Assembly (NCBI GenBank): GCA_012744475.1
Contig: JAAYBV010000065.1
Coordinates: 46,187 to 110,186 of the forward strand
Length of the DNA: 64,000 bases
DNA from: Phycisphaerae bacterium
Lineage (GTDB): Bacteria; Planctomycetota; Phycisphaerae; Sedimentisphaerales; Anaerobacaceae
Direction of reading: 5' to 3'
Each line of letters starts with the position of its first letter. Position 1 is the stretch's first letter. The position numbers and the translations under genes are program-made. Under the pieces are notes generated by a model. It searched no databases and was not told the DNA's origin. It was given only the letters and a program-made list of their open reading frames with translations. Below are positions 26,166 through 35,456 of the stretch, piece by piece.

Positions 26166-27314
26166 TCAGTTGCGGATGTTGCGCCGGTGGTAGTGCATGG
26201 TCAGCTCCTTGACCGCCGGTCCGGCGTCCGTCCGCGCGGGAAGTTCGATCTCAAACTCCAGCGTGCCCGCGTCCTTCTTTACGTACTTCAGATTGCACTC
26301 TTCCATGTCCCACTGCCCTTCGATGTGCTGGATCATCGTCAGCATCGCGGGGCTGTCCTTGAAGTTCTCAATCTTCGCGGTGATGATCTCATCGGTGTCG
26401 TACAGCACGACGCGATCCGAGTCGTTCTTGCGCAGGTTGATCTGGGCATCGCGCATTTTCCGCTGCGTGACCACGATGTCGCGGCTGTCTCCGATGTACA
26501 GCTCCATCTTCTCGCCCACGGGCACCAGCGGCGCGTTGTCTTCGCCCAGGAAGATCGTGCTGCCGTGGCCGTCGTCCTGAAAGAGGCGCGCCTTTCCCCC
26601 CCACATCGCGAACTGGCCCAGGCCGCTGGCGGCGTCGTTGAGGATGCGGTAGCTGACCGGGACGCCGACGTTCTGGTTCTCCAGTTGCTCCGGGTCCCAG
26701 GGCAACCTGGCGGCGTCGAAGGTCCAGATCTTGCGGATCGGGACGGTCGGGCTTTTCAGGAACAACACCTGCTTGGTCTCTTCGTGGTCGATGCCCTGCT
26801 CGAAGGCTTCGCCGTAATCGAGCAGGATGCGGGCCTTGTCAAAATCCTCGCCCGAGAAGTTGCGCAGCACAACATAACTCTTCAGATCGACCTTCGTCTC
26901 GGCCTTGTCCGCAACGGCCTTGTAGGTGATCAGGCGGTCGATGTTGCTCAGCAGGTAACTGATCCGCACCGTCTCGGCGTAGTCGCCCCCGCTGCTGATC
27001 TCCCAGACCAGGGCCGCCTCGCCCGGCGGGTAGCTGACGCTCAGCAGGTTCACGCCGTCGGGATGGTCGAGAATCTCCAGGCGGATCGAATCCTCGTCGA
27101 TCTGCACACCCTTCCAGGAGAAGTCCACGCTGTTATGTCCCTTCTGCAATGTCAGGACGCGCTCCTCTTCAATCAACGTGGCGTTGGGGTTGTCCAGGCG
27201 AATGATGGTGGCCGCTCGTTCGGGCAGCGCCACCAGCTTGATCCGCGCCTGGGTCATCGAGCCGGCCAGCAGCAAGGCGATCGTCGCCGACAGAATCAGT
27301 CTTTTCGCATTCAT
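26166..27314 (-). CDS. Secreted DUF4139-like protein (divergent, shorter paralog C)
   Basis: GGAG RBS; signal peptide; TLIEEERVLTLQKG, VVLRNFSGEDF, PLVPVGEKMELYIG. Confidence 0.72.
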   Translation of the reverse strand: MNAKRLILSATIALLLAGSMTQARIKLVALPERAATIIRLDNPNATLIEEERVLTLQKGHNSVDFSWKGVQIDEDSIRLEILDHPDGVNLLSVSYPPGEAALVWEISSGGDYAETVRISYLLSNIDRLITYKAVADKAETKVDLKSYVVLRNFSGEDFDKARILLDYGEAFEQGIDHEETKQVLFLKSPTVPIRKIWTFDAARLPWDPEQLENQNVGVPVSYRILNDAASGLGQFAMWGGKARLFQDDGHGSTIFLGEDNAPLVPVGEKMELYIGDSRDIVVTQRKMRDAQINLRKNDSDRVVLYDTDEIITAKIENFKDSPAMLTMIQHIEGQWDMEECNLKYVKKDAGTLEFEIELPARTDAGPAVKELTMHYHRRNIRN

Positions 27315-27334
27315 GTTTCGATCTCCCAAAGAAA

Positions 27335-29263
27335 TCAACGTTGTGCGCTTTGCTCTTTCTGAATCAACACCTGTTCTCTCGCGCCGTGATACGTCGTCAC
27401 GGTGTACGTCAACATCTCTCTACTTCGCGGCCCGACCTTGAGTTTGAATCGGGCGTGGGTCACGTCATGTTTCTCATACGTCGCCGTCGGATTCTCCGTC
27501 TTCAATTCCCATCGCGGCGTGTCGAAGCCGCGCGTGATCTCGATGTCCACCGGCAGCGTCCGCGCGTTGGCGATCTCGATCTTCCAGGAGCGGACCTCGT
27601 CCCAGCCGGCCACGTTGCCCTTGCTGTCGAACGTATGGTTCTCGGTTCGCAACTCCAGTAGCACCGGCTCGACCTTGACCAGCCGGGCCGGACCGAGATT
27701 CAGCTCGACTTCCTCACCCACCGGGATGTACTTCGTCTCCGTGCCGCCGATGTAAGCGAGGTGCTTTTCCGCATCGGTCTGCGCATAGATTCTCACCGAC
27801 CCGTCCGGCAGCGGCGTCTCGCCCAGCTTGTGCTCGGTGTCATTGGCGAACGAGACGAATCGAATTGGGTCGGTCCCCCACCGCTCTTCGTCGTATTTGT
27901 ACAGGCTGGTTACGGGAACATCGTCGGCCTCAAACGACAGCAGACGCTTGCCCCACTCGTTCGGAATCGTCTCGGTCCCCCCAATTGTATAGAGGAAGTA
28001 CTCGCTGAGCCCTTCTTTGACGATCTCCTTGCGATCCAACTCATCAAGGACCTGGCCCTTCCATTCGTATGAGAGTATGCGATTAGACGCCTCTTCATTC
28101 CGAAGCTCGGCGTCGTCCAGACCCAAGCCGCCGACCATTCCTCTGGATCGCGGGTCGTCGTAGGCATACTGCCTCTGGGCGAGATCGCGGATCTGGTCGA
28201 GCAGGTGGACTTTGCCGACGAGCAGGCGGGTTTGGGCGTCGTCGTAGTCTTCGCCGCTGGCATTGTCGACGCGGACGTAGGCTTCCAGCCGCATCGAGCG
28301 CTCGTCGAGCGAGAGCGTGCCCATGTAGAAGGCCCGCCAGGCCAGGCCGCTCGTCATGTACGTCAATTCGAACGGGACCTGGCCCTCGACCTCCGACCGA
28401 ATCAGCCAGCGGCCCAGTTCCCGCAATCGCGGCGGGAAGACAAGCTGCTGGACCTGCACATGGTCTTTGTGCTCGGTCGGTTCAAGGCTCAGGCTGGTCG
28501 GATCGATCAGCGTATTGGCCCACATGAACTGGAGCCAGTTCCAGCCTTTCTTCAGCGTCAGGTGGCGTTGTTCGCGGACCAGCGTCAGGTCGGCGCCGTT
28601 GTAGATCGTCAGTTGGACGTTCTCTCGACGCGGCAGCACAACCAGCTCGATCGCGCTGGCCGGCGCGAACGGAGGCTTCTCATCAATCTCTGTGCGTGCC
28701 AGCGTCAATCCCGCACCGGCGTCGGTCGGGATAGGGGATGATTTCGAGACAGCGCCATCCCCAAGCTTCGCTTGAGGCTGCCACCCAGCCGTTGGTGCTG
28801 CGGCGTCGCTGCGCAGCGATCTGTCCGCAGCAACGAGCTTTTCCGGTTCGGCTGCGGCCGGTACGTCGAGAGTGCGTTGACTGAGGTTTTCCTGAGAGAA
28901 CGACTTCTCGGTCACAGGCTGCGGCGCCTTGCGGCCCGGCCCGAACGTTGAAACGACCAGCAACGCGACGCCCACGATGACCACCGCCGCAACGGCGCCA
29001 AGCCACGGCCGCGCCCACAGCCGCAAGATCGCCGGACGCTTCGCCCCGGTCGCGGCCTCGATGGTGCTCGCAATCAGCGCAGGCGAGGCCCCCATCTCTT
29101 CGCGAAGCAGGTCCAGCGTGGAGAATTTGGCCTTCAAGCCATCGAGCTTGGCTCGGCAAGCCTCACAGCCGTCCAGATGCGCGCGAATCTCGTGCATCTG
29201 GGCCTCCGAGGCCAGCTCGAACGCGTAGTCGATGAGTTGTTGTTCCGTGCAATGTCCATTCAT
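27335..29263 (-). CDS. Zinc-finger anti-sigma factor fused via a TM helix to a DUF4139-like extracytoplasmic domain
   Basis: HLDGCEAC (HxxxCxxC) at 29156-29179; TM PWLGAVAAVVIVGVALLVV; C-terminal ~440 aa homologous to paralogs A/B. Confidence 0.8.
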   Translation of the reverse strand: MNGHCTEQQLIDYAFELASEAQMHEIRAHLDGCEACRAKLDGLKAKFSTLDLLREEMGASPALIASTIEAATGAKRPAILRLWARPWLGAVAAVVIVGVALLVVSTFGPGRKAPQPVTEKSFSQENLSQRTLDVPAAAEPEKLVAADRSLRSDAAAPTAGWQPQAKLGDGAVSKSSPIPTDAGAGLTLARTEIDEKPPFAPASAIELVVLPRRENVQLTIYNGADLTLVREQRHLTLKKGWNWLQFMWANTLIDPTSLSLEPTEHKDHVQVQQLVFPPRLRELGRWLIRSEVEGQVPFELTYMTSGLAWRAFYMGTLSLDERSMRLEAYVRVDNASGEDYDDAQTRLLVGKVHLLDQIRDLAQRQYAYDDPRSRGMVGGLGLDDAELRNEEASNRILSYEWKGQVLDELDRKEIVKEGLSEYFLYTIGGTETIPNEWGKRLLSFEADDVPVTSLYKYDEERWGTDPIRFVSFANDTEHKLGETPLPDGSVRIYAQTDAEKHLAYIGGTETKYIPVGEEVELNLGPARLVKVEPVLLELRTENHTFDSKGNVAGWDEVRSWKIEIANARTLPVDIEITRGFDTPRWELKTENPTATYEKHDVTHARFKLKVGPRSREMLTYTVTTYHGAREQVLIQKEQSAQR

Positions 29264-29853
29264 TTCGTCACACTAATCGACTCGGGCAGCCTGCGTGCCA
29301 ACGTCGCAAGGGCCCGGGACATCTGGGTCTTGACCGTGCCGAGCGAGCAGCCCATCACGTCGGCCACCTCGCGGTAGCTGAGCTGCTGATAGTAGGCCAG
29401 CACGAGGGCGGCCCGCTGCTTGACGGGAAGGCTCGCGACGGCCTCTCTGACCTGTTGTTTGCGTTCTTCTCGGACCAGCTCGTCGGCCGGGTCAGGTGCG
29501 TCTTCGGACGCAAGGGTCTCCGCCAGCGACGAGCCACTGTCCTGTCCGCAGTCAGCCTCCTGATCCAACGAGAGCATCGCCGAGCGTTTGCGACGTCGCA
29601 GGTGGTCGATCGTCGCCCGCGTGGCAATGGTAAAAAGCCAGCTCTTGAAGACCGGGCCGCGATACGTGTGGGCCTTTTCGTGGACCTTCTTGAAGGTCTC
29701 CTGAAAAAGGTCTTCGGCCTGGTCTCGGTTTGCGGTCATATGAACTAAGTACCTCAGCAGGCCGTCGGCATACCGCTCGACAAGCTCGCGAAACGCCGCC
29801 CTGTCTCCACGCAAATGGGCGGCCATGAGGCTCTCGTCTGTCACTGGTGTCAA
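29260..29853 (-). CDS. ECF RNA polymerase sigma factor
   Basis: AEDLFQETF, FKSWLFTIA (region 2); LSYREVADVMGCSLGTVKTQMSRA (region 4); start uncertain (TTG 29853 after GGAG). Confidence 0.93.
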   Translation of the reverse strand: MTPVTDESLMAAHLRGDRAAFRELVERYADGLLRYLVHMTANRDQAEDLFQETFKKVHEKAHTYRGPVFKSWLFTIATRATIDHLRRRKRSAMLSLDQEADCGQDSGSSLAETLASEDAPDPADELVREERKQQVREAVASLPVKQRAALVLAYYQQLSYREVADVMGCSLGTVKTQMSRALATLARRLPESISVTK

Positions 29854-29941
29854 GGCTACGACTCCAACTACCTCCTCCAGACGATTATCGTAGCCCATCG
29901 GTTGACAGGGTATGAAGCAAATTCCGCGCAGAAAGTGCAAT

Positions 29942-29977
29942 GGGTCCTATAGGTCCTCTGCGTCCTATGGGTCCCAT
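29942..29977. repeat. Degenerate 9-bp tandem repeat x4
   Basis: GGGTCCTAT/AGGTCCTCT/GCGTCCTAT/GGGTCCCAT. Confidence 0.6.
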
Positions 29978-29986
29978 GCAGCTCAC

Positions 29987-31573
29987 TCAGGGCGTGTCGA
30001 GCGCCCAGACGACCGCGTTGCGAAGCAGCTTGCGGAATTGCGGATTCCGGAAGTCGTCGGGGTGACCGAGCGAGGTGTAGAAGATGCGTGACTGCTTGTA
30101 GCGGTTGGTCCAGGCGACCGGCTCGGGCTCCTGGCCCGGGATGACGCCGACGAGAAGCGGCGTTGCGGTCTGCGCCAGCGGACTGGTCCTGTAGAGCGAT
30201 CCGTTGCTGACCAGCGGCAACCTGACATCGGCAAGGATGGGATGGTTCCCCACGCCGGCAGCGCGAGTCACCGTGCAGACGGGGCCGGCGCCGTAGTGAT
30301 TGTGGTAGTTGCCCCCAAGCACATCGGCGTCGAACGCGGGCCAGTCGGCGTGGCCGGCCGGGCCGCTGCCGCGCGAATCGAAGGCGTGGCTGGCGGTCCG
30401 CAGACCGATCAACGGGCCGCCTCGATCGAGATAGTCGCGCAGGTGCTTCATCTGCTCGACGGGAAAGGCTCTTCGACGCGCGTAGACAATCGCAAGGTCG
30501 GCCTGGGCAAGGATTTCCATGCCCGAGATCTCGTGCCGGTCGGGGCCGCTCTTTTCGGTGCTGCCCTGGATGATCTGGCAGGCGAGATCGTGTTCGAGCT
30601 CCAGTTCACGGGCGAACCCGGGCAAGGTCTCGGCGGCCAAGTATTCGTCTTCGGCCGAGAGGAAAACCACCAGGGGCCGCTGGTCTTCTACGAATCGAAA
30701 CGGCGGCCGGCCCGTGAGGTCCGTCGAGGCGATCGTCGGACAGACGTACCGCTCGACGTGGCCCACCACGAGATCGACTCCCGTGAAATGATTCACCTCG
30801 GGCGGCATGGCCGAATTGTACATCGCATCGGTCAGGTCGCGCATCAGCACGACGTTCTTGCCGAACCGCGAGAGGTTGCGCAGCCCGAAGGGTCGGCCCA
30901 GGATGCACATGTTGGTGTGCACGCCCATCAGGACAACGTTCTTGACCTTCCGCTGTTCGAGCAGGTTCCAGATTTCGACGCCCGAGTCGCTGATGGCGTC
31001 TCTGTTCCTGATCTCGATCGCATCGATCTGCCTGGTCCAGGGCAGCGACGATGGGCACTTCGGTTCGCAGTCGCACCCGCCGTCGGAATGATCTATCGGA
31101 TAGCCCGCCTGCTCCTCGGCCTTGTCCTTCCAGTTGCACCATTTGGCGATACCGTCCGGCAGATTGGCCGCCCTCGGCGCGTCCCTGGCGATCCTGCGTC
31201 CCGGATGGTTCCGGTAGAAGTCCATCGTGTCACTCGGGGCGTGGATGACCAGAACGCCCTTCTGTCTGGCGATGGACACGACACGGTTCATCACCGGCGC
31301 CAGCTCGGCGACACGCCGCGATGCACCTTGGCACCAGTGGCGGTCCCACATGTCGCAGACGATGATCGCGGTCTCGGCAGGATTCCACTGTGCCGTCTGG
31401 CATTCAAAGCGATATCCGTCGGGCGTATCGGGTAGCGCGACACGCTTGCGGAGATGCACCTGAAGTATCGCGTCCTTTGCCTGTGCCGCTGCCCGGCCGC
31501 AGAACAGTTGGCCGGCAATGAGAATCCAGAGAAACAGCATGCTGGCCGAGGCTTTGAGCTTGAGCGGCTTCAT
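29987..31573 (-). CDS. Secreted isochorismatase/nicotinamidase-like plus ThuA-like domain protein
   Basis: IIVCDMWD, GVHTNMCILGRP; C-terminal EPVAWT...IFYTSLGHP. Confidence 0.78.
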   Translation of the reverse strand: MKPLKLKASASMLFLWILIAGQLFCGRAAAQAKDAILQVHLRKRVALPDTPDGYRFECQTAQWNPAETAIIVCDMWDRHWCQGASRRVAELAPVMNRVVSIARQKGVLVIHAPSDTMDFYRNHPGRRIARDAPRAANLPDGIAKWCNWKDKAEEQAGYPIDHSDGGCDCEPKCPSSLPWTRQIDAIEIRNRDAISDSGVEIWNLLEQRKVKNVVLMGVHTNMCILGRPFGLRNLSRFGKNVVLMRDLTDAMYNSAMPPEVNHFTGVDLVVGHVERYVCPTIASTDLTGRPPFRFVEDQRPLVVFLSAEDEYLAAETLPGFARELELEHDLACQIIQGSTEKSGPDRHEISGMEILAQADLAIVYARRRAFPVEQMKHLRDYLDRGGPLIGLRTASHAFDSRGSGPAGHADWPAFDADVLGGNYHNHYGAGPVCTVTRAAGVGNHPILADVRLPLVSNGSLYRTSPLAQTATPLLVGVIPGQEPEPVAWTNRYKQSRIFYTSLGHPDDFRNPQFRKLLRNAVVWALDTP

Positions 31574-31613
31574 AAAAGGCACTCCCGTGGTCCTGTCGTC
31601 ATAGTGGAGGAGT

Positions 31614-32387
31614 CTATATCAGGGCGGTCCAGCCGCCATCGACGTAGAAGATCTGGCCCGTGATGAAGTCGCCGGCTTTCGAGGCGAGCAGGATCGCCAC
31701 GCCGACGAGGTCCTCCGGCGTACCCCATCGGCCCAGAGGCGTCTTGGCCAGCACCCACCGATCAAATTCGGGGTCCTTCCGGAGAGGGACCGTCAGCTCG
31801 GTGGCGATGTAGCCGGGACCGATGGCGTTGACGTTGATCCCGTAGGGAGCCCATTCGACCGCCAGCGTCTTCGTCAGGCCCAGCAGACCCATCTTGCTGC
31901 ACGTGTAGGGCGCGATCGTCGGGCGGGCCGCATGGCAGGCCAACGAACCGATGTTGATGATGCCTCCGGGCTTGCCTGCGCTGCGGCAATGCCGGCAAAA
32001 GGCCTGCGACAGCACCAGCGCAGACGTCAGGTTCACATCCATCACCCGACGGAAGTCCTCCAGCGAGAGGTCCTCGGTCGGCTTGCGGACGGTCGTGCCC
32101 GCGCAATTGACGAGGATATCTACCCCACCGGCAGCCTCGACGGCGTCGGAGAACAGATGCTCCACGCCGTTGGTCTTGCTGAGATCGAAGGCAAGTGTCC
32201 ACGCATGGCGGCCTATCCCGGCCTCGATTTCCCGGGCAGCGATCTGGAGCTGATCGGCACTGCGCGCCACCAGTATCACGTCGGCACCATGCTCAGCCAG
32301 AGCTCGCGCTATCGCCAAGCCAATCCCGCGTCCGGCGCCTGTGATCAGCGCTGTCTTGCCCGTCAGATCGAATCGTTGGCTCTCCAT
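31614..32387 (-). CDS. SDR oxidoreductase (gluconate 5-dehydrogenase/KduD-like)
   Basis: TGAGRGIG, NCAG, YTCSK (YxxxK), NAIGPGY. Confidence 0.88.
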   Translation of the reverse strand: MESQRFDLTGKTALITGAGRGIGLAIARALAEHGADVILVARSADQLQIAAREIEAGIGRHAWTLAFDLSKTNGVEHLFSDAVEAAGGVDILVNCAGTTVRKPTEDLSLEDFRRVMDVNLTSALVLSQAFCRHCRSAGKPGGIINIGSLACHAARPTIAPYTCSKMGLLGLTKTLAVEWAPYGINVNAIGPGYIATELTVPLRKDPEFDRWVLAKTPLGRWGTPEDLVGVAILLASKAGDFITGQIFYVDGGWTALI

Positions 32388-32475
32388 GCGCGATAGTAGA
32401 CCAGAACTCGTCGCCGCTGACAAGCGGTCGACTTCAGCGGCTTTTCAGGAGGTCCGGCAGGAAGGAGATTTCCGC

Positions 32476-32504
32476 TTTACACGGTTGAACCGTCCAGGTA
32501 GCAT
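32476..32504 (+). promoter_or_regulatory. Sigma70-type promoter of the oxidoreductase operon with a palindrome in the spacer
   Basis: TTTACA-N17-TAGCAT; ACGGTT-G-AACCGT at 32481-32493. Confidence 0.55.
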
Positions 32505-32581
32505 GGGGTAAACTCAGGCGGGGTTTTGACCACGAGATAGGCCCCTCGACACACGGGCATGTGGATAGAAGGACAGACGGC

Positions 32582-32860
32582 ATGGCAGGCAAGATCGTCA
32601 TCGACACCGAACGTTGCAAGGGTTGCGGGTTGTGTGTGGTGGTCTGCCCCAAGAAGAGTATCGTGATCTCCAAGGAGTCGAACAAGAACGGCTATTTCCC
32701 GGCGCAGAAGACGGACGGCGACTGCATCGGCTGCGCCCAGTGCGCGATCATCTGCCCTGAGGGGATCATCCAGGTCTGCCGGGACCAGATGGAGCGAATC
32801 CGGATCGTGGCCGCGCCCGAGAAGCACAGCGCGTCACATCTGATCGAGGAGAAAGCGTGA
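32582..32860 (+). CDS. 2-oxoacid:ferredoxin oxidoreductase delta subunit (2x[4Fe-4S])
   Basis: CKGCGLCVVVCP and CIGCAQCAIICP. Confidence 0.9.
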   Translation: MAGKIVIDTERCKGCGLCVVVCPKKSIVISKESNKNGYFPAQKTDGDCIGCAQCAIICPEGIIQVCRDQMERIRIVAAPEKHSASHLIEEKA

Positions 32861-33924
32861 GTGAGCGGATTCTGATGTGCGGCAACGAGGCGCTGGCCGA
32901 GGCGGCCATCGTTGCCGGGTGCGACGCCTATTTCGGCTACCCGATCACGCCGCAGAACGAGATCACCGCCTACATGTCCGAACGGATGCCCCAGGAGGGC
33001 CGCGTCTTCGTACAAAGCGAGAGCGAGCTGGCGGCAATCAACATGGTCTTCGGCGCCGCCGCAACCGGCAAACGGGCGATGACCAGCTCCTCCAGCCCGG
33101 GCATCAGCCTGATGCAGGAAGGGATCAGCTATCTCGCCGGGGCGGAGCTGCCCGCGGTCGTGGTCAACGTCATGCGAGGCGGGCCCGGCCTGGGAAACAT
33201 CGCCCCTTCGCAGGGGGATTACTTCCAGGCCACGCGGGGGGGCGGCCACGGCGACTACTGCACGATCGTGCTGGGCCCGGCGAGCGTGCAGGAGCTGGCC
33301 GATTGCATGCCTCTGGCCTTCGACCTGGCCGATCAGTATCGCATGACCGTGATGGTGCTGGCCGACGGGATCCTGGGCCAGATGATGGAGCCGGTAACGC
33401 TCGATCCGAAACCCCGGCGCGAATTGCCGCCCAAACCGTGGGCGTTGACCGGCATGAAGGACAGAAAACAGAACATCGTGCGATCCTTGTACCTGGCCGA
33501 CGGGGCGCTGGAGGAGCTGAACAACCGGTTCATGGCCAAGTATCGGCAGATCCAGGACAACGAGGTTCTTTGCGAGCAGTACCGGATCGAGGACGCCGAG
33601 ATCATCATCGTCGCCTACGGCATCGTCGCGCGGATCGCCCGGGCGGCGGTAGATCAGGCTCGCGAAGAAGGGATCCGCGCCGGAATGATCCGTCCGATCA
33701 CGCTGTGGCCCTTTCCCTCCGAACAGATCGGCAGCGCCGCGGACACGTTCCGGATGTTCCTGGCGGTCGAGATGAGTTGCGGACAGATGGTCGAGGACGT
33801 CCGCTTGGCGGTGGCGGGCAAGTGTCCCGTCCTGCTGCACGGACGACCCGGCGGCGGCGTACCGACCGCCGAAGAAGTCCTGGAGAAGATTCGACAACTG
33901 ACGATTCCAGCCGGCGCGGCATAG
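32857..33924 (+). CDS. vorB: 2-oxoacid:ferredoxin oxidoreductase alpha subunit (VorB-like)
   Basis: FGYPITPQNE, QSESELAA, TSSSSPG, RGGPGLG; GTG start. Confidence 0.9.
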   Translation: MSERILMCGNEALAEAAIVAGCDAYFGYPITPQNEITAYMSERMPQEGRVFVQSESELAAINMVFGAAATGKRAMTSSSSPGISLMQEGISYLAGAELPAVVVNVMRGGPGLGNIAPSQGDYFQATRGGGHGDYCTIVLGPASVQELADCMPLAFDLADQYRMTVMVLADGILGQMMEPVTLDPKPRRELPPKPWALTGMKDRKQNIVRSLYLADGALEELNNRFMAKYRQIQDNEVLCEQYRIEDAEIIIVAYGIVARIARAAVDQAREEGIRAGMIRPITLWPFPSEQIGSAADTFRMFLAVEMSCGQMVEDVRLAVAGKCPVLLHGRPGGGVPTAEEVLEKIRQLTIPAGAA

Positions 33925-33988
33925 CTTGCCTGCTTCCCGATGTTCATCGGGATTCGACTGCTTGCACGACGCCGCAAGGCAGAGAGAC

Positions 33989-34726
33989 ATGAACACCGTG
34001 TTCCAGCGAACATCTGTTTTGAAGAATTGCTCGACACACTACTGTCCCGGCTGCGGCCATGGGATCGCGCATCGGCTCCTGGCCGAGGTCGTCGACGAGC
34101 TCAACATCCAGGACCGCACGATCGGAATCGCGCCGGTGGGCTGCGCGGTGCTGGCGTACAACTACCTCGACGTGGATATGATCGAGGTGGCCCACGGTCG
34201 GGCGCCTGCCGTCGCGACGGGAATGAAGCGGACCAATCCCGACAAGATTATCTTCTCGTATCAGGGCGACGGCGACCTGGCCGCCATCGGCACAGCGGAG
34301 ATCATCCACGCGGCCCATCGCGCCGAGCGCATCACCGTGATCTTCATCAACAACGCGGTCTTCGGCATGACGGGCGGGCAGATGGCGCCGACCACCATGC
34401 TCGGCCAGATCACCGCCACCACGCAGCAGGGTCGCAATCCGAGCAACGGCCAGGGCTATCCGCTTCAGGTCTCCGAGATCCTGGCCCTTCTGCCCGGCAC
34501 GGTCTACGTCGAGCGATGCGCCCTGAGCGGCGTGCCCGGCATCAAACGCACCAAGGCGGCCATGAAGCACGCCTTCGGGCTCCAGATGGACGATGCGCCG
34601 GGTCTGTCGCTCGTGGAGATCCTCTCGCCGTGCCCGACGTACTGGCGCATGTCACCGGCGAAGGCCATGAAGTGGATCGAAGAGGAGATGTGCAAGGCCT
34701 TTCCGATCGCGCGGTTGAAGGGTTGA
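33989..34726 (+). CDS. 2-oxoacid:ferredoxin oxidoreductase beta subunit (TPP-binding)
   Basis: HYCPGCGHG, HGRAPAVATG, QGDGD, YGMTGGQ-like FGMTGGQ, SPCP. Confidence 0.9.
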   Translation: MNTVFQRTSVLKNCSTHYCPGCGHGIAHRLLAEVVDELNIQDRTIGIAPVGCAVLAYNYLDVDMIEVAHGRAPAVATGMKRTNPDKIIFSYQGDGDLAAIGTAEIIHAAHRAERITVIFINNAVFGMTGGQMAPTTMLGQITATTQQGRNPSNGQGYPLQVSEILALLPGTVYVERCALSGVPGIKRTKAAMKHAFGLQMDDAPGLSLVEILSPCPTYWRMSPAKAMKWIEEEMCKAFPIARLKG

Positions 34727-34728
34727 CG

Positions 34729-35295
34729 ATGGCATCGACGAATGGATTGTACGAAGAGATCGTCATCGCCGGCTTCGGCGGTCAGGGGATCATCCTGGCG
34801 GGCAAGCTGCTGGCCCAGGCGGCGATGAAGGCCGGCCTGGAAGTGACCTACATGCCCTCCTACGGCGCCGAAGTTCGCGGCGGGACCGCCAACTGCATGG
34901 TGATCCTGTCGAACAGGCCCATCGCCTGTCCCATCGTCAGCGCGCCAACGGCCCTGGTCATCTGCAACAAGGCGTCGCTGAGCAAGTTCGCGCCGCGACT
35001 GCGACCTGGAGGGCAACTGATCTTCAACAGCTCGCTGATCGAAGAGGTTCATTCCGTCCCGGACGGCGTGCAGGTCATCGGCGTGCCGGCCGAGGAGATC
35101 GCCATCCAGGCGGGCAGCCCCAAAAGCACCAATATGGTCATGCTCGGCGCCTACCTGGGCGTTCGAGGCCCGTTGACGGCCCAGCAGGCCGCCGCGGCGC
35201 TGGCCGACGTGCTGGCCGAGCGGCATCACAAGACGATCCCCGCCAACAGCGAAGCCCTGCGGCGAGGGGCCGAGTTCGCCGCCTCTCACGTGTAA
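34729..35295 (+). CDS. 2-oxoacid:ferredoxin oxidoreductase gamma subunit
   Basis: IAGFGGQG, PSYGAEVRGGTA, NMVMLGA. Confidence 0.9.
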   Translation: MASTNGLYEEIVIAGFGGQGIILAGKLLAQAAMKAGLEVTYMPSYGAEVRGGTANCMVILSNRPIACPIVSAPTALVICNKASLSKFAPRLRPGGQLIFNSSLIEEVHSVPDGVQVIGVPAEEIAIQAGSPKSTNMVMLGAYLGVRGPLTAQQAAAALADVLAERHHKTIPANSEALRRGAEFAASHV

Positions 35296-35456
35296 CGTCC
35301 AGACAGGAGACGATTCGGCCGGCCAGCCGCCGGAGATCGCGCATCGTCCCTGCGCGAGAGGCCAGGCGCACGCCGGGTCAGAAACCAGTTGACACGCGCG
35401 GAAAACGCGAAACAATGACCACAGGATTCCCAGTTGCACAATGGTGAGGAGACAGC

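Noticed and set aside
23318-28600. Recurring ~20-45 nt sequences that could suggest CRISPR or DGR template/variable repeats
   Set aside because: They are in-frame conserved parts of paralogous genes; no regular spacers, no adenine-specific mismatch pattern noticed, no cas or reverse transcriptase gene
33940-35295. Apparent 451 aa ORF suggesting an extended or fused gamma subunit
   Set aside because: The 5' part overlaps the beta subunit in another frame; the real gamma subunit starts at ATG 34729
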